DNA of 64,000 bases. Source: a virus. Lineage: Duplodnaviria; Heunggongvirae; Uroviricota; Caudoviricetes. The stretch lies in the IMG/VR virus record IMGVR_UViG_3300032318_002198; one strand, 5' to 3'. Made by a program: the position numbers and the translations under genes. Below, piece after piece: positions 51,386 to 60,660 of the stretch; positions within the stretch are counted from its first letter, which is position 1; each line of letters starts with the position of its first letter. The notes below the pieces were generated by a model, which saw nothing but the letters and a program-made list of their open reading frames with translations, was not told the DNA's origin and did not search any database.

Positions 51386-51453
51386 ATTACTATTTAACAT
51401 AACCGATTTCATATATGTAAATTAACTAATCTTTTTTATTTAAATATAATCAT

Positions 51454-51735
51454 ATGTTGAATAAAAAAGATTATATACCAAAAAACCTACGTAAATCCAT
51501 AATTGAAAGAGATGGATATTATTGTGTATATTGCGACGATGATCTTAAAGATCAAGAAATACACATAGATCACGTAATACCCGAATCTCGAGGCGGTACA
51601 ACAACTAGAGATAATTTACAGGTTACTTGTCGTAAATGTAACTTGTCCAAAGGTACTTTGTCAGAAAAAGAATTTACAGATAAACTTAGAACCCGAGCTT
51701 TGAATATTCTTTCCCGTTTGGGATATAATAATTAA
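51454..51735 (+). CDS. Small HNH endonuclease
   Basis: RDGYYCVYC...HIDHVIPESRGG...NLQVTCRKCNLSK. Confidence 0.85.
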   Translation: MLNKKDYIPKNLRKSIIERDGYYCVYCDDDLKDQEIHIDHVIPESRGGTTTRDNLQVTCRKCNLSKGTLSEKEFTDKLRTRALNILSRLGYNN

Positions 51736-52862
51736 ACAGCAGGTAATGCCGGCGGAGGATTTTCTTCACTGTCATCTTTTTTGTCTTTTACTACAGGACG
51801 AGGTTGATCGAGCATCCAACCAGTATTGATAAATTTACCCAATTTTGTAATTTCACGATCTAAATTATACTTCATAATTTTACTGTCATCTTTTGCCATT
51901 AATTCTTCGTCTTCTGAATTGGTTTTTATATAATTTTCTATGTCTGATTTTTGTGCGGTTAATGCAGTTACTAGGTCGCGATAAAGATATGGAAAACGTT
52001 GTTTTATATAATCTCGATCAGGCGGCAAATCGGCAATATTCATAAAATTCACAAATTGAGTATCCTCTTCCCTCGATGCATCAAATTGATACCGCTCTTT
52101 TCCTTCGATCTGTCTAGTACCTTTTTGAATACTGACCTCAGGAGCGTCATACGGAAATAATTGAAATAGCATTGATCTGTTTGCATAGGTAAAATAATAA
52201 CCACCAGTATTATCACTACCAGATGTACACCAAGTTGTTCCTTGCCCTAAAAAGATATTTGATGAACGATTTAACGTAATATAAATCTTATAATCCTCAT
52301 TATCAATTAACTTCCAAGCTCGAATACTCTTTTTCATGGCCATAGCCTTCATCTTTTCATTATAATCCGACAAGGCTTGCTCATAATGATATACAAGATA
52401 TTGACCTAGATCACGTATACTTTTAAAAATAGGAAGATTTTGATGTAACGGATCCAATAGATTACGCTTCTTCAAGTAATCATATTTGGATAGATTCATA
52501 CCCATCGTGCCATTGATATCTTCCCAAGTATGACCGCCAGAAATATATTTGTCAACTATCCAAGGTACATATTGGCCATTTTTACTGTATGGGATCCCTT
52601 CATACCCTTGCTTTTCTTTGTTGTCCAACTGAGTTAAAAACCACTCAACTAACGCTCGATCATCTATTTTTTCAGCAGTAACAGAAAATCTAGGCTCAAA
52701 TCCTCCGGGATTTAACCGAGCATCACGACGTATGCGACGCGCTAAATCAGGAACCAATTTTTGATTATTAATAACCGATTGGCTACCTTTGGTCAATTGA
52801 ACATTTTCATATAAAAAAGATTCAACTAACCTGATTAATGATCTGATGTTACTGCTATCCAT
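51732..52862 (-). CDS. Hypothetical protein
   Basis: GQGTTWCTS...RYQF motif; N-terminal IRSLIRLVES. Confidence 0.6.
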   Translation of the reverse strand: MDSSNIRSLIRLVESFLYENVQLTKGSQSVINNQKLVPDLARRIRRDARLNPGGFEPRFSVTAEKIDDRALVEWFLTQLDNKEKQGYEGIPYSKNGQYVPWIVDKYISGGHTWEDINGTMGMNLSKYDYLKKRNLLDPLHQNLPIFKSIRDLGQYLVYHYEQALSDYNEKMKAMAMKKSIRAWKLIDNEDYKIYITLNRSSNIFLGQGTTWCTSGSDNTGGYYFTYANRSMLFQLFPYDAPEVSIQKGTRQIEGKERYQFDASREEDTQFVNFMNIADLPPDRDYIKQRFPYLYRDLVTALTAQKSDIENYIKTNSEDEELMAKDDSKIMKYNLDREITKLGKFINTGWMLDQPRPVVKDKKDDSEENPPPALPAV

Positions 52863-52868
52863 ATTCTT

Positions 52869-54866
52869 TTAATATGCTGATCTGATTAAATTTGTTTTTA
52901 TGGCAGACATTAATCCTTGCATAGTCGACGGAGATAACTTTGTCAATAACTGATCAAGATATATATCTTGCGATACTTTTTCTTCAGCCGCAGCATCGTT
53001 AATTGAACGATTTAACAATTGAACTACTGGACTGTTAAAATCACTTAAAGATATCGCACCTTGTTTATTTATGGATACTAATATAGCATCTACCTTCTTT
53101 GCCATATCGGTCCACTTACCGACACGATCATATGCTCCAGCTTGAATGGCATCTTGAATTTCATCTCGTATGTCTAATAACGCCACATTACCGATACGCT
53201 TCATCAAAGGCTTTATAATTGGAGTGAGCTTTGTGAAAAGTTCTTGCTTTGCAGACATAGCACTTCTAATAACTTTTTCAGCAGGCTTTCTGCCTGCAAT
53301 CTTTTCACGCTCAATACCACCGTGAGAAATCCCCACTTCACGCCCAGCACCTGGCGAGTAATTTTTGACAAAACCCTTGTCTTGTTTACGTCCTAACTCA
53401 CTAGTACGACCCTTACTGATATAAATTGCTTGCAATTTTCCAATTTGATTGGCTAACGATTGAAAAATGTTATAACCAGTCATTGGCTCTATTTTACCGG
53501 GCACTCCACCACGAGCTTTCATAATGGTAGGATCAACTTCAGTCTTAACTTCCTCGGGGTTACGAATTAACTCAGGATCAATCTGCTCACCATCCCTGAA
53601 CGCAATTATTTGATAACGCAACGTATTATCCCTTGCAGGATCGTACACTCGATTAGACTTGCTAGCTTTTTCTTCTCCACGAAGAATGTCTTCTTCATAC
53701 GGCTTAATCCCAGCTACACCACGCTGTGCTGTAATAATTATAAACTGATCTGGATGATTCTTGAACTCCGTCCACATTACACGCTGATCCATGGGATGCT
53801 CTTCCCAATCAGCAACATTACTTAATCGATGACGCGCATGCATCCAACGCACTAAATATTGACCCGACGGCGCATCTCCGATTAACTTACTTAACGTGCT
53901 TTCTTTGAGCAAATGTCGATAAACCGCTTGCCCAATACTTTCCTCTAATTGAACACTCTTACGATAATTGTCCAACCCTTCACGTAAATACTTGACCATA
54001 CTTTGCTTTGTTTTCATATTACTTTCTCTCGCTATCCTTGTTGTCGGCTCCCCACCGATTACAGCATCACTTTCGGGAAAAGCATATATGTATACACCCG
54101 CAAAATCTCGAATTACATGAAATCGAATCCCACGAGCACTATACTCCCTTACTTCCGGACGATACCCAGGTATGGCAGCTCCATAATCCATCTCAACTTC
54201 ACCACGGTCCTCACCATGAGCACGTAACCACGCCGCAACAGCTGACATCTCCGCAGCACTGTTTGGCCCTTGTCCATTTACATTGGCTATGGTTAATATG
54301 TCCTCCAACGGGGTGCGTGTGAACATCCTGAATATCTGACGTCCCATCCCCCTGATCGCACGCTGCATATACCCGGGCAAATTATTGATGGTACTCCACT
54401 CTGGCATTAATCGGCCACCCTCGGCCCTTATGTCCCTGTTTAACACTTGCGGTACATCACGCATACTACGAACTACTACTTCATCATTCCCCTGACGAAT
54501 ATCTAACCCAGCCCTACGTGCAGCTTCTGCATCATCAATCTCATCATCTTGGTCACGGTTGATAACATTTAACATCCTGCGAATTTCATCATTGGCACCG
54601 ATATTACTTACCTTAGAACGCGTCTTTGCTCCAGATGCCCGCGCTAAATCATCAATCCCATTAATGTCATCACCATTACCCTGATCATCACTTCGGTTAT
54701 CACTTCGGTTATCACTATTAGGCACACTGGGCAAATTACGATTGTCACTACTACCGATTTCATCATCGATATCATTTAAGAAATCAAACGGAGAATCTAC
54801 CTTGTCCTTGACATCGACTTTTCCATCTTTTTTCTTGCTATTGTCATCAAATAATAAACTGTGCAT
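52869..54866 (-). CDS. Large hypothetical (probable virion) protein
   Basis: Two TATAAATA late boxes upstream (54899-54906, 54910-54917, - strand); acidic N-terminus. Confidence 0.6.
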   Translation of the reverse strand: MHSLLFDDNSKKKDGKVDVKDKVDSPFDFLNDIDDEIGSSDNRNLPSVPNSDNRSDNRSDDQGNGDDINGIDDLARASGAKTRSKVSNIGANDEIRRMLNVINRDQDDEIDDAEAARRAGLDIRQGNDEVVVRSMRDVPQVLNRDIRAEGGRLMPEWSTINNLPGYMQRAIRGMGRQIFRMFTRTPLEDILTIANVNGQGPNSAAEMSAVAAWLRAHGEDRGEVEMDYGAAIPGYRPEVREYSARGIRFHVIRDFAGVYIYAFPESDAVIGGEPTTRIARESNMKTKQSMVKYLREGLDNYRKSVQLEESIGQAVYRHLLKESTLSKLIGDAPSGQYLVRWMHARHRLSNVADWEEHPMDQRVMWTEFKNHPDQFIIITAQRGVAGIKPYEEDILRGEEKASKSNRVYDPARDNTLRYQIIAFRDGEQIDPELIRNPEEVKTEVDPTIMKARGGVPGKIEPMTGYNIFQSLANQIGKLQAIYISKGRTSELGRKQDKGFVKNYSPGAGREVGISHGGIEREKIAGRKPAEKVIRSAMSAKQELFTKLTPIIKPLMKRIGNVALLDIRDEIQDAIQAGAYDRVGKWTDMAKKVDAILVSINKQGAISLSDFNSPVVQLLNRSINDAAAEEKVSQDIYLDQLLTKLSPSTMQGLMSAIKTNLIRSAY

Positions 54867-55328
54867 GATATAAATGTTAAACTCCGAAATTTATACAATA
54901 TTTATACTCTATTTATATTTTTCACTACCACCCATGCCCCTCTATATACATACTATAAAAAAATTTTGCAAAAAAAATTTTGAAATACGATTTCTACCAC
55001 TACCCAAGAATTTTATATACACTATCAAAAATTTTGCTGCACAATTTTTTAAAGGTCTGGAGATCTCGGCCCCAGGTGATACAGTCTAACCCATACTGGA
55101 TTTTGAGGCTTTGAGAGAGATTTGGCAAGCCAAAAGTTGTATTTTTACAACAGTGCTATATACTACCCCTCCCCCCTGTGGGGTCCTAGCCCCTCCTGCT
55201 TGTCTCCGGTAGCTGCCACGCCGCCCGTGGGATTCTGCACTAATTTTTTAAAACCCCACGACTTATTTTATTACGGTATGACAAGGTGCTGTCCTGCCAT
55301 GGGGTTCAATAGTGTAGTGTTTTAGTAT

Positions 55329-55366
55329 GCTATTATAACATGCCCCAAGTAGTATGTTATAATAGC
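55329..55366. repeat. 13-bp perfect inverted repeat carrying back-to-back TATAAT boxes
   Basis: gctattataacat ... atgttataatagc. Confidence 0.8.
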
Positions 55367-55458
55367 GCACAAGTAAACAGTAAGCAGTAGTGTGACTATA
55401 CACAATTGGACCCACATGAGCTAATGTTATTCACAAGTGTTGTAGCTTGGGGTAGTAA

Positions 55459-55512
55459 TAGTGTAGTGTTTTAGTGTGTTATTGCTTGCGTGTGTGTTTT
55501 TTGCTGTATACT
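55459..55512 (+). promoter_or_regulatory. Repeated 32-bp promoter module (identical copy at 57126-57157) with TATACT -10
   Basis: tagtgtagtgttttagtgtgttattgcttgcg followed at the same spacing by TATACT; partial copy at 55310-55326. Confidence 0.65.
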
Positions 55513-55556
55513 TGCACTTGCTGCAACAACGCAGTGCAACGCAAACAGTACGCAAC

Positions 55557-56168
55557 ATGCCAAAACTTACAGCACAGCAAGCACAGCAAGCAATTGCTAT
55601 GCATGCAAACTCCCACACAATAACTGCACAGCAAATTACTGCTGCCCTTGGGAACGCTAGTGTTACTTTCGCGCAACTTTTGTACGTTACGCAAGTGCAA
55701 CTAGCAGCACAGCACCGGGGCCAGTGTATACAAAAAGTTACAAGTGCAAATGTAATTTTGTGCAGCAACGTAACAGCAACGTCCCGTGTGTATGCGCGCA
55801 AAGTGCAGCGTAGTGCGTTGGGGTATGCACAAAACGCAGCAGCAGCAATCGCAGCATTTACAGCACAACAAAACTACTACACGCACACCCCATGCTACAG
55901 CGTTGTGCAGCATGCACAGCACGCTGAGAAGTTGTATTTGTATGCACTCTACAACACTGCAAGCAGTGTATACATGCACAATAATGCTGTTGTTAGCAAG
56001 CAACAAGTAGCGCTGTATTGCACCCCAAGTGCAGCAGCAAAATTGTTGCAAGATGGGAGTGAGGTACATAACAAAACGCACAACATAGTGCATAATGTGC
56101 ATGTGCGTACAATTGCACTTAGCAATTTAGTGCATATGCGTGTGCGTAAGCAATTGCTTACAGTGTAA
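55557..56168 (+). CDS. Hypothetical protein almost devoid of Asp/Glu, in GA/TC-depleted DNA
   Basis: 203-aa ORF downstream of the promoter module; 1 Asp, 2 Glu, no Trp; Q/H/N/A-rich. Confidence 0.7.
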   Translation: MPKLTAQQAQQAIAMHANSHTITAQQITAALGNASVTFAQLLYVTQVQLAAQHRGQCIQKVTSANVILCSNVTATSRVYARKVQRSALGYAQNAAAAIAAFTAQQNYYTHTPCYSVVQHAQHAEKLYLYALYNTASSVYMHNNAVVSKQQVALYCTPSAAAKLLQDGSEVHNKTHNIVHNVHVRTIALSNLVHMRVRKQLLTV

Positions 56169-56443
56169 CGCAGGACCCCATGTATAGCACACGCAGCAGT
56201 TGTGTGCTGGTGCGTGGGGTTCGCTGCTGCCCCACGCAGGCTACTATGATACAGCAGGTGATTGTTGAGGGGTTTGCCCCACGCGAACGCCGTCGTAAAT
56301 TTAATTTTGAGGTTTGGGGTTAGCCCCACGCTAGCTGCATCGTGTGCATTTAGCTGCCCGTGGGGTTATTAACCCTAAGGGTAGTAGGGTTATTGCAGAA
56401 ATTGCTATGTGGTGTTATACTGATTTGAGTGTTAGGAGTAGTC

Positions 56444-56710
56444 ATGTTTCTCGTGCCCGCAAACACCGTAATTCAAGTGCAAGCACCGAAAAGCTTGCAT
56501 CATTTCAACTGGTGTGGGTGGATTTCGTATACCACGCCTGCGGATCGGCTCTACGAGAAGGAGGATGTGTGGGATCCTGTTGCGCTGCATTATCGAATTG
56601 ATGTACCCCAGTGGATTGCTCGAAACGTACTGGAACACAATCGTGTGGTGATTCATTGCAAGGGTAAGTATGCTCTTGTCCTGCCCAAAGACATTCGTTA
56701 CTTGGATTAA
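56444..56710 (+). CDS. Hypothetical protein
   Basis: AGGAG SD; TTGCAG-17-TATACT upstream. Confidence 0.6.
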   Translation: MFLVPANTVIQVQAPKSLHHFNWCGWISYTTPADRLYEKEDVWDPVALHYRIDVPQWIARNVLEHNRVVIHCKGKYALVLPKDIRYLD

Positions 56711-56715
56711 AAATT

Positions 56716-56934
56716 ATGCCAACAACCCCTTGTCGTGTGCTTGTTCGAGCGACTCTAGTAGTGCGGGACGTTTACATCTGTCGTAAATGCGACGCTCGTC
56801 AGACAGGCGAAGCGTACTCTGTAGAGACCAGTGACCCGTTGCATACACTCTCTCAGAACCTCCCGAAACCGCGTTTCATGCCTGTTGGCTGGGCAAGCTA
56901 TCTCGACGGGTTTGATTGCCCTAACCATCACTAA
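56716..56934 (+). CDS. Small Cys-containing hypothetical protein
   Basis: CRKC...MPVGW...CP.H; follows the previous gene. Confidence 0.5.
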   Translation: MPTTPCRVLVRATLVVRDVYICRKCDARQTGEAYSVETSDPLHTLSQNLPKPRFMPVGWASYLDGFDCPNHH

Positions 56935-56978
56935 TTCGTTAATAATTGAACTGTAGGTGGTTTACAGCGGGGTTTTCA

Positions 56979-57057
56979 GCCCCACTACGAACAAAAGAAA
57001 CCCACAGAACCTGCGCATGGGGCCCCACTACGAACAAAAGAAACCCACAGAACCTGC
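56979..57057 (+). repeat. 36-bp direct repeat x2 (period 43)
   Basis: gccccactacgaacaaaagaaacccacagaacctgc at 56979 and 57022; partial third near 57079. Confidence 0.9.
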
Positions 57058-57205
57058 TTGTGGGGTAGGTTCACTTTCGCCCCACTACAAGGAGTATGGA
57101 ACCCAGTAATGTTGTAGTGAGGCCTTAGTGTAGTGTTTTAGTGTGTTATTGCTTGCGCTATGTATTTGTGTGCTATACTACTCACAGCAACAAAGAAAGC
57201 AAACT

Positions 57206-57370
57206 ATGGCGAAATTTGTATACAAGCAGACACAAACTTTTTATTTGCACATAGATGCAGACACGCAAGAGGAAGCAGACGCTATTGCGGAAAAAACGGA
57301 AACATATGCAGACGACGTATCTGCTACAGAGTTAACCGGCTGGGAGTTAGAGCTCCCCACTAATAGCTAA
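57206..57370 (+). CDS. Small acidic hypothetical protein
   Basis: Downstream of the second promoter module; IDADTQEEADAIA motif. Confidence 0.6.
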   Translation: MAKFVYKQTQTFYLHIDADTQEEADAIAEKTETYADDVSATELTGWELELPTNS

Positions 57371-57459
57371 CTGGCAACTGATGCAGCTGACATGGGGTTT
57401 GCCCCACAGGATGCGCCCAGTTGCCTAAGAAAGCTGCCCTGGGGTCCTTGTGCCCCACT

Positions 57460-57780
57460 TCAGGGTTTCGATTCTTCGTCAACAGGTCCGTCGTTCACCT
57501 CACGGCAGTGAGCCAGACAGGCTTCAAGATTTTTCAGAGCCTCCTCCGGGGTGCTGATGCCAAGAGATATGTTCCGCACCCATTGAATACCGTTTGTGGC
57601 CATATCTGCCCACTCGTTTGCGGCGTGCTGCCAATTCTTTCGCTCCGGCTGCTCTAGCGCGGCGCGGAGGGCAAAACCGGCGCGCCTGCACTTGTCGCTT
57701 TGTGCTTTTGGCAAGAGCATTTGCAAAGACTCATCCAACGCTTCCAGCGCCTGATTAACAGCAACTATCAACTGATCCAT
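57460..57780 (-). CDS. Hypothetical protein
   Basis: GAGGGG SD; AANEWADMATNG.QW motif. Confidence 0.55.
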   Translation of the reverse strand: MDQLIVAVNQALEALDESLQMLLPKAQSDKCRRAGFALRAALEQPERKNWQHAANEWADMATNGIQWVRNISLGISTPEEALKNLEACLAHCREVNDGPVDEESKP

Positions 57781-57793
57781 GTTTCACCCCTCT

Positions 57794-58003
57794 TCAAAAA
57801 AGCTGATGTTGTCGCCATACATCTTTTGCCAGGTCAAGGTCCAGGGTATAGACCGCCATCACCAAGCAATATAGCCCCAAGGCAACGTAGTAGAACGGCA
57901 TCAACAACAGATTCCACAGTATGCGGACAGGGTTATGCAGTCGCATCTGATTCCAGTACCAACCACGCTTGTTGATTTCGAACTTGCCCACTTTTAAGTT
58001 CAT
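57794..58003 (-). CDS. Small membrane protein
   Basis: One hydrophobic helix; promoter TTGACT-17-TATACT at 58030-58058 (-). Confidence 0.6.
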   Translation of the reverse strand: MNLKVGKFEINKRGWYWNQMRLHNPVRILWNLLLMPFYYVALGLYCLVMAVYTLDLDLAKDVWRQHQLF

Positions 58004-58112
58004 GTGTTGCCTCTATTGCCTATGTGTGCAGTATAGTTGATCCTGTGGTAGAAGTCAAGACCTTTGCAGCGGGGTTTATATATGCAAGGCCTCTACAGCG
58101 GGGTATTGCCGC

Positions 58113-58286
58113 TCAACTGCTCTTCAAGAAATCCGAAAGATGTCTCATAGACATACTGAGGAACGCGACGGAGCAAATAGCCCATGCACAGGCTGCTTCT
58201 TTGTTGCCTTCGCGGTATGCCGATACCCCAACGCCGATGAAGCACCCGGCAAGGATCGATCCTGCGATAAACATGAACAATGACAT
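58113..58286 (-). CDS. Small membrane protein (57 aa, not in ORF track)
   Basis: MSLFMFIAGSILAGCFIGVGV...; AAGGA SD; promoter at 58320-58348. Confidence 0.55.
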   Translation of the reverse strand: MSLFMFIAGSILAGCFIGVGVSAYREGNKEAACAWAICSVAFLSMSMRHLSDFLKSS

Positions 58287-58319
58287 TGTAGTTCCTTATT
58301 CCTGTGTTGCGATATGAGT

Positions 58320-58348
58320 ACTATAGCAAATGCCGAAGACCCTGTCAA
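58320..58348 (-). promoter_or_regulatory. Sigma70 promoter (one of a TTGACAGGGT family)
   Basis: TTGACA-17-TATAGT; related copies at 58882-58910, 60055-60083, 60314-60342, 63344-63372. Confidence 0.8.
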
Positions 58349-58356
58349 CCGAAAGG

Positions 58357-58599
58357 TTATTGCCGTCGCATCCTGCCCCACACACGAGCAAAGAAAGTCT
58401 TAGGTTCTTGTTGCGGGGCCCACCATGCACCCTCTTCACCGCAGGATGTACGAATTGATGGGCCGGGCGTCCTGTGAGTAGTACAGAAGATCCAGTGATA
58501 AGCGATCTTGCCCGTGTCTGCATCGATCCAGTCGATATTCTGTGGGGCAAGGCATTGCTGTGTTTGATGATGACGGCAAGTGGAACAGTCGCGTGACAT
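58357..58599 (-). CDS. Small Cys-rich hypothetical protein
   Basis: CSTCRH...C...C..R...CG..G.WW pattern; GAGG SD. Confidence 0.55.
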   Translation of the reverse strand: MSRDCSTCRHHQTQQCLAPQNIDWIDADTGKIAYHWIFCTTHRTPGPSIRTSCGEEGAWWAPQQEPKTFFARVWGRMRRQ

Positions 58600-58610
58600 A
58601 CAGTTTTACC

Positions 58611-58850
58611 TCACTCCGGAATCAGTTTGGTGCCACTGTGCAGGTAAATCTCTGCCCCTGGACGACACGTCCACACAGCAGCTTCGAGTATCTCAAAGAT
58701 GAGCTTCGTCTCGAGGGGTTGATTCACGCTGCGATAGTGACGAAAATGACCCTTCGTTTGGCAGATGATCATCTGTGCCGTATGATTGTCGACCTTCATC
58801 AGTGAGATGCCGTTTTCGTCTCGGATCATGTAATTCATAATATAATTCAC
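58611..58850 (-). CDS. Hypothetical protein
   Basis: AAGGAG SD before GTG; promoter at 58882-58910. Confidence 0.45.
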   Translation of the reverse strand: MNYIMNYMIRDENGISLMKVDNHTAQMIICQTKGHFRHYRSVNQPLETKLIFEILEAAVWTCRPGAEIYLHSGTKLIPE

Positions 58851-58922
58851 AGCCGACTCCTTTGTGTTACACAATACCGATATGTTAACACTGATCAAAA
58901 ACCCTGTCAATTCAACGGGCTT

Positions 58923-59420
58923 TTAGATAAGACCCCGTTCGGCGAAACTGACAACCGAGTTGCCTACGACAAAGTGATCCAAGACTCGAACATCCACCAA
59001 CTGTAGGGATGACTTGAGGGTTTGTGTCAAGTATTCATCTGCTCGCGAAGGTTCTGCTGAGCCTGAGGGATGATTGTGTGCAAGCACCACAGCAGCTGAA
59101 TTCAGCAGGATAGACTCGCGTACTACCTCCCGAGGGTATACACTGGTCTGCGTTAGTGTCCCGCGGAACAAGGTGCGAGCTTCGATCAAGCGATGATGAG
59201 CATCAAGGAACAACACAGCAAACTCCTCACGACCCTGCTGCGATGCTTCGGCGAAGTAGAGTCTGAGGTAATCTTTGATGCTCACAGGGCTATCGAATAT
59301 CGGTCCCGTGCGAACACGAGCCGACAAGATACGTAGAGCCTGTGCTACGATGTCCTCATCGGTTGACGATGAGTGGTTGACAACGTACACAGGGGGATCA
59401 CACGACTGAGCAGTTGTCAT
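58923..59420 (-). CDS. radC: RadC-like JAB-domain protein
   Basis: [40 protein letters not shown]. Confidence 0.9.
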   Translation of the reverse strand: MTTAQSCDPPVYVVNHSSSTDEDIVAQALRILSARVRTGPIFDSPVSIKDYLRLYFAEASQQGREEFAVLFLDAHHRLIEARTLFRGTLTQTSVYPREVVRESILLNSAAVVLAHNHPSGSAEPSRADEYLTQTLKSSLQLVDVRVLDHFVVGNSVVSFAERGLI

Positions 59421-59436
59421 GCTGTTCCCCTTGCGA

Positions 59437-59619
59437 TTATCGCTTGATGTTCTTCTTGCTCTTCTGAGGAGCGCGGGATTGTTCGGCGAACGTGGCCGGT
59501 TTGGTTCCCACTGCGTGTTCTGCGGCCCAGATCAACACAACCTTGTCCTTCTCGGCTTGGAGTTTCCGTTGATTCTCGGGGAGCATGTATGCAGGCATGG
59601 CTTGACGGGTTTTGGACAC
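59437..59619 (-). CDS. Small basic hypothetical protein
   Basis: AAGGA SD; TATAAT upstream within a 12-bp inverted repeat (59657-59693). Confidence 0.5.
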   Translation of the reverse strand: MSKTRQAMPAYMLPENQRKLQAEKDKVVLIWAAEHAVGTKPATFAEQSRAPQKSKKNIKR

Positions 59620-59703
59620 GATTTGGGTTCCTTGTTGTTGAGCGAGTGATTAGATTATAGCAGGGTCTCAGTAAAATACAAAGACCCTGCTATGTGTACG
59701 GAT

Positions 59704-60018
59704 TTAGGCCATCTCCGCTTCACGTGCAGCAGCACGGGCACGAGCCTCACGCTTACGGATCGCATCGGGCGTCATGCTCAACGTGCGAGCGGGCTTTGCA
59801 GCAGGTGCAGCAGGCGCAGCAGCAACGGGCGCAGCGAGCACAGCAGCTTCAGCGCGGTCCCAGTTGGACTTGATGTAAGCACGCGCCAGTTGACGTGCGA
59901 AGCCGAGGCCCATCACTGCCGGGATGACGGACACTTGGTCTTGTCCGTTGCTCTTAGCTGCGGCGATAATATCGCGCACACGTTGGGCCTTGGAGTTCTT
60001 TTGCAAGGTATTTGCCAT
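59704..60018 (-). CDS. Ala-rich basic hypothetical protein
   Basis: AAGGA SD; promoter at 60055-60083. Confidence 0.6.
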   Translation of the reverse strand: MANTLQKNSKAQRVRDIIAAAKSNGQDQVSVIPAVMGLGFARQLARAYIKSNWDRAEAAVLAAPVAAAPAAPAAKPARTLSMTPDAIRKREARARAAAREAEMA

Positions 60019-60102
60019 TTCTGTTTCCTTTCACTGCAACATCGCAGTACTAGTAATGTAACACAGATCAGAAACCCTATCAACCGACAGGGTATTCTGA
60101 TT

Positions 60103-60273
60103 TCAACGCTTTTGGCGCTTGGTCTTCATTTCGCGATTGGCCTCAGAACGAGCAGCCTTGTTCGCAGCCGCGCGGCGCTTGCGAGCCAGTTCCAGCATGC
60201 GCTCTTGGGGATCATCCTCCATCGCCATGAGACCCATAGTAGCACGAAGATCGTTCGCTTGCTTCCGATTCAT
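60103..60273 (-). CDS. Small basic hypothetical protein
   Basis: AGGAG SD; promoter at 60314-60342. Confidence 0.55.
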   Translation of the reverse strand: MNRKQANDLRATMGLMAMEDDPQERMLELARKRRAAANKAARSEANREMKTKRQKR

Positions 60274-60660
60274 CTCAACTCCTGAGTGGCTACTGCAACT
60301 TCGCAGTATCAATAATGTAATAGGATTGAAAAACCCTGTCAATCACTTGGATATAGTTTTTTCTGTGTTACAACGATGTATGGCGTTAGCACCAAAAAGA
60401 AACCATATCAACCGATCGGGTATTACCCCATTCTGCTCGATCACTGGGCCTTCTTCGCCTTTCGTGGGGATGGCCCCACGTTTCGTCGTCCTGGTTCTTC
60501 TGCGATCGTGTGGGGTTCTACAGCCCCACAAAACGATACCCAGTGGACCTAGATAGGACATGGGGTAACAAACCCCGTGAGAAGATCACCTAGTGAACCT
60601 AAGTGATCAGTGAGAGTGATGTGATGATCTAACCACTATGAAAGTGGTTAGATGATGTGG

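Noticed and set aside
55427-56329. Several overlapping Cys-rich ORFs on both strands
   Set aside because: Stop codons are scarce because of the skewed dinucleotide composition; only 55557-56168 follows the promoter module.
56979-57095. Mini CRISPR array
   Set aside because: Only two copies with a 7-nt gap, no spacer-sized unique sequences and no cas genes.
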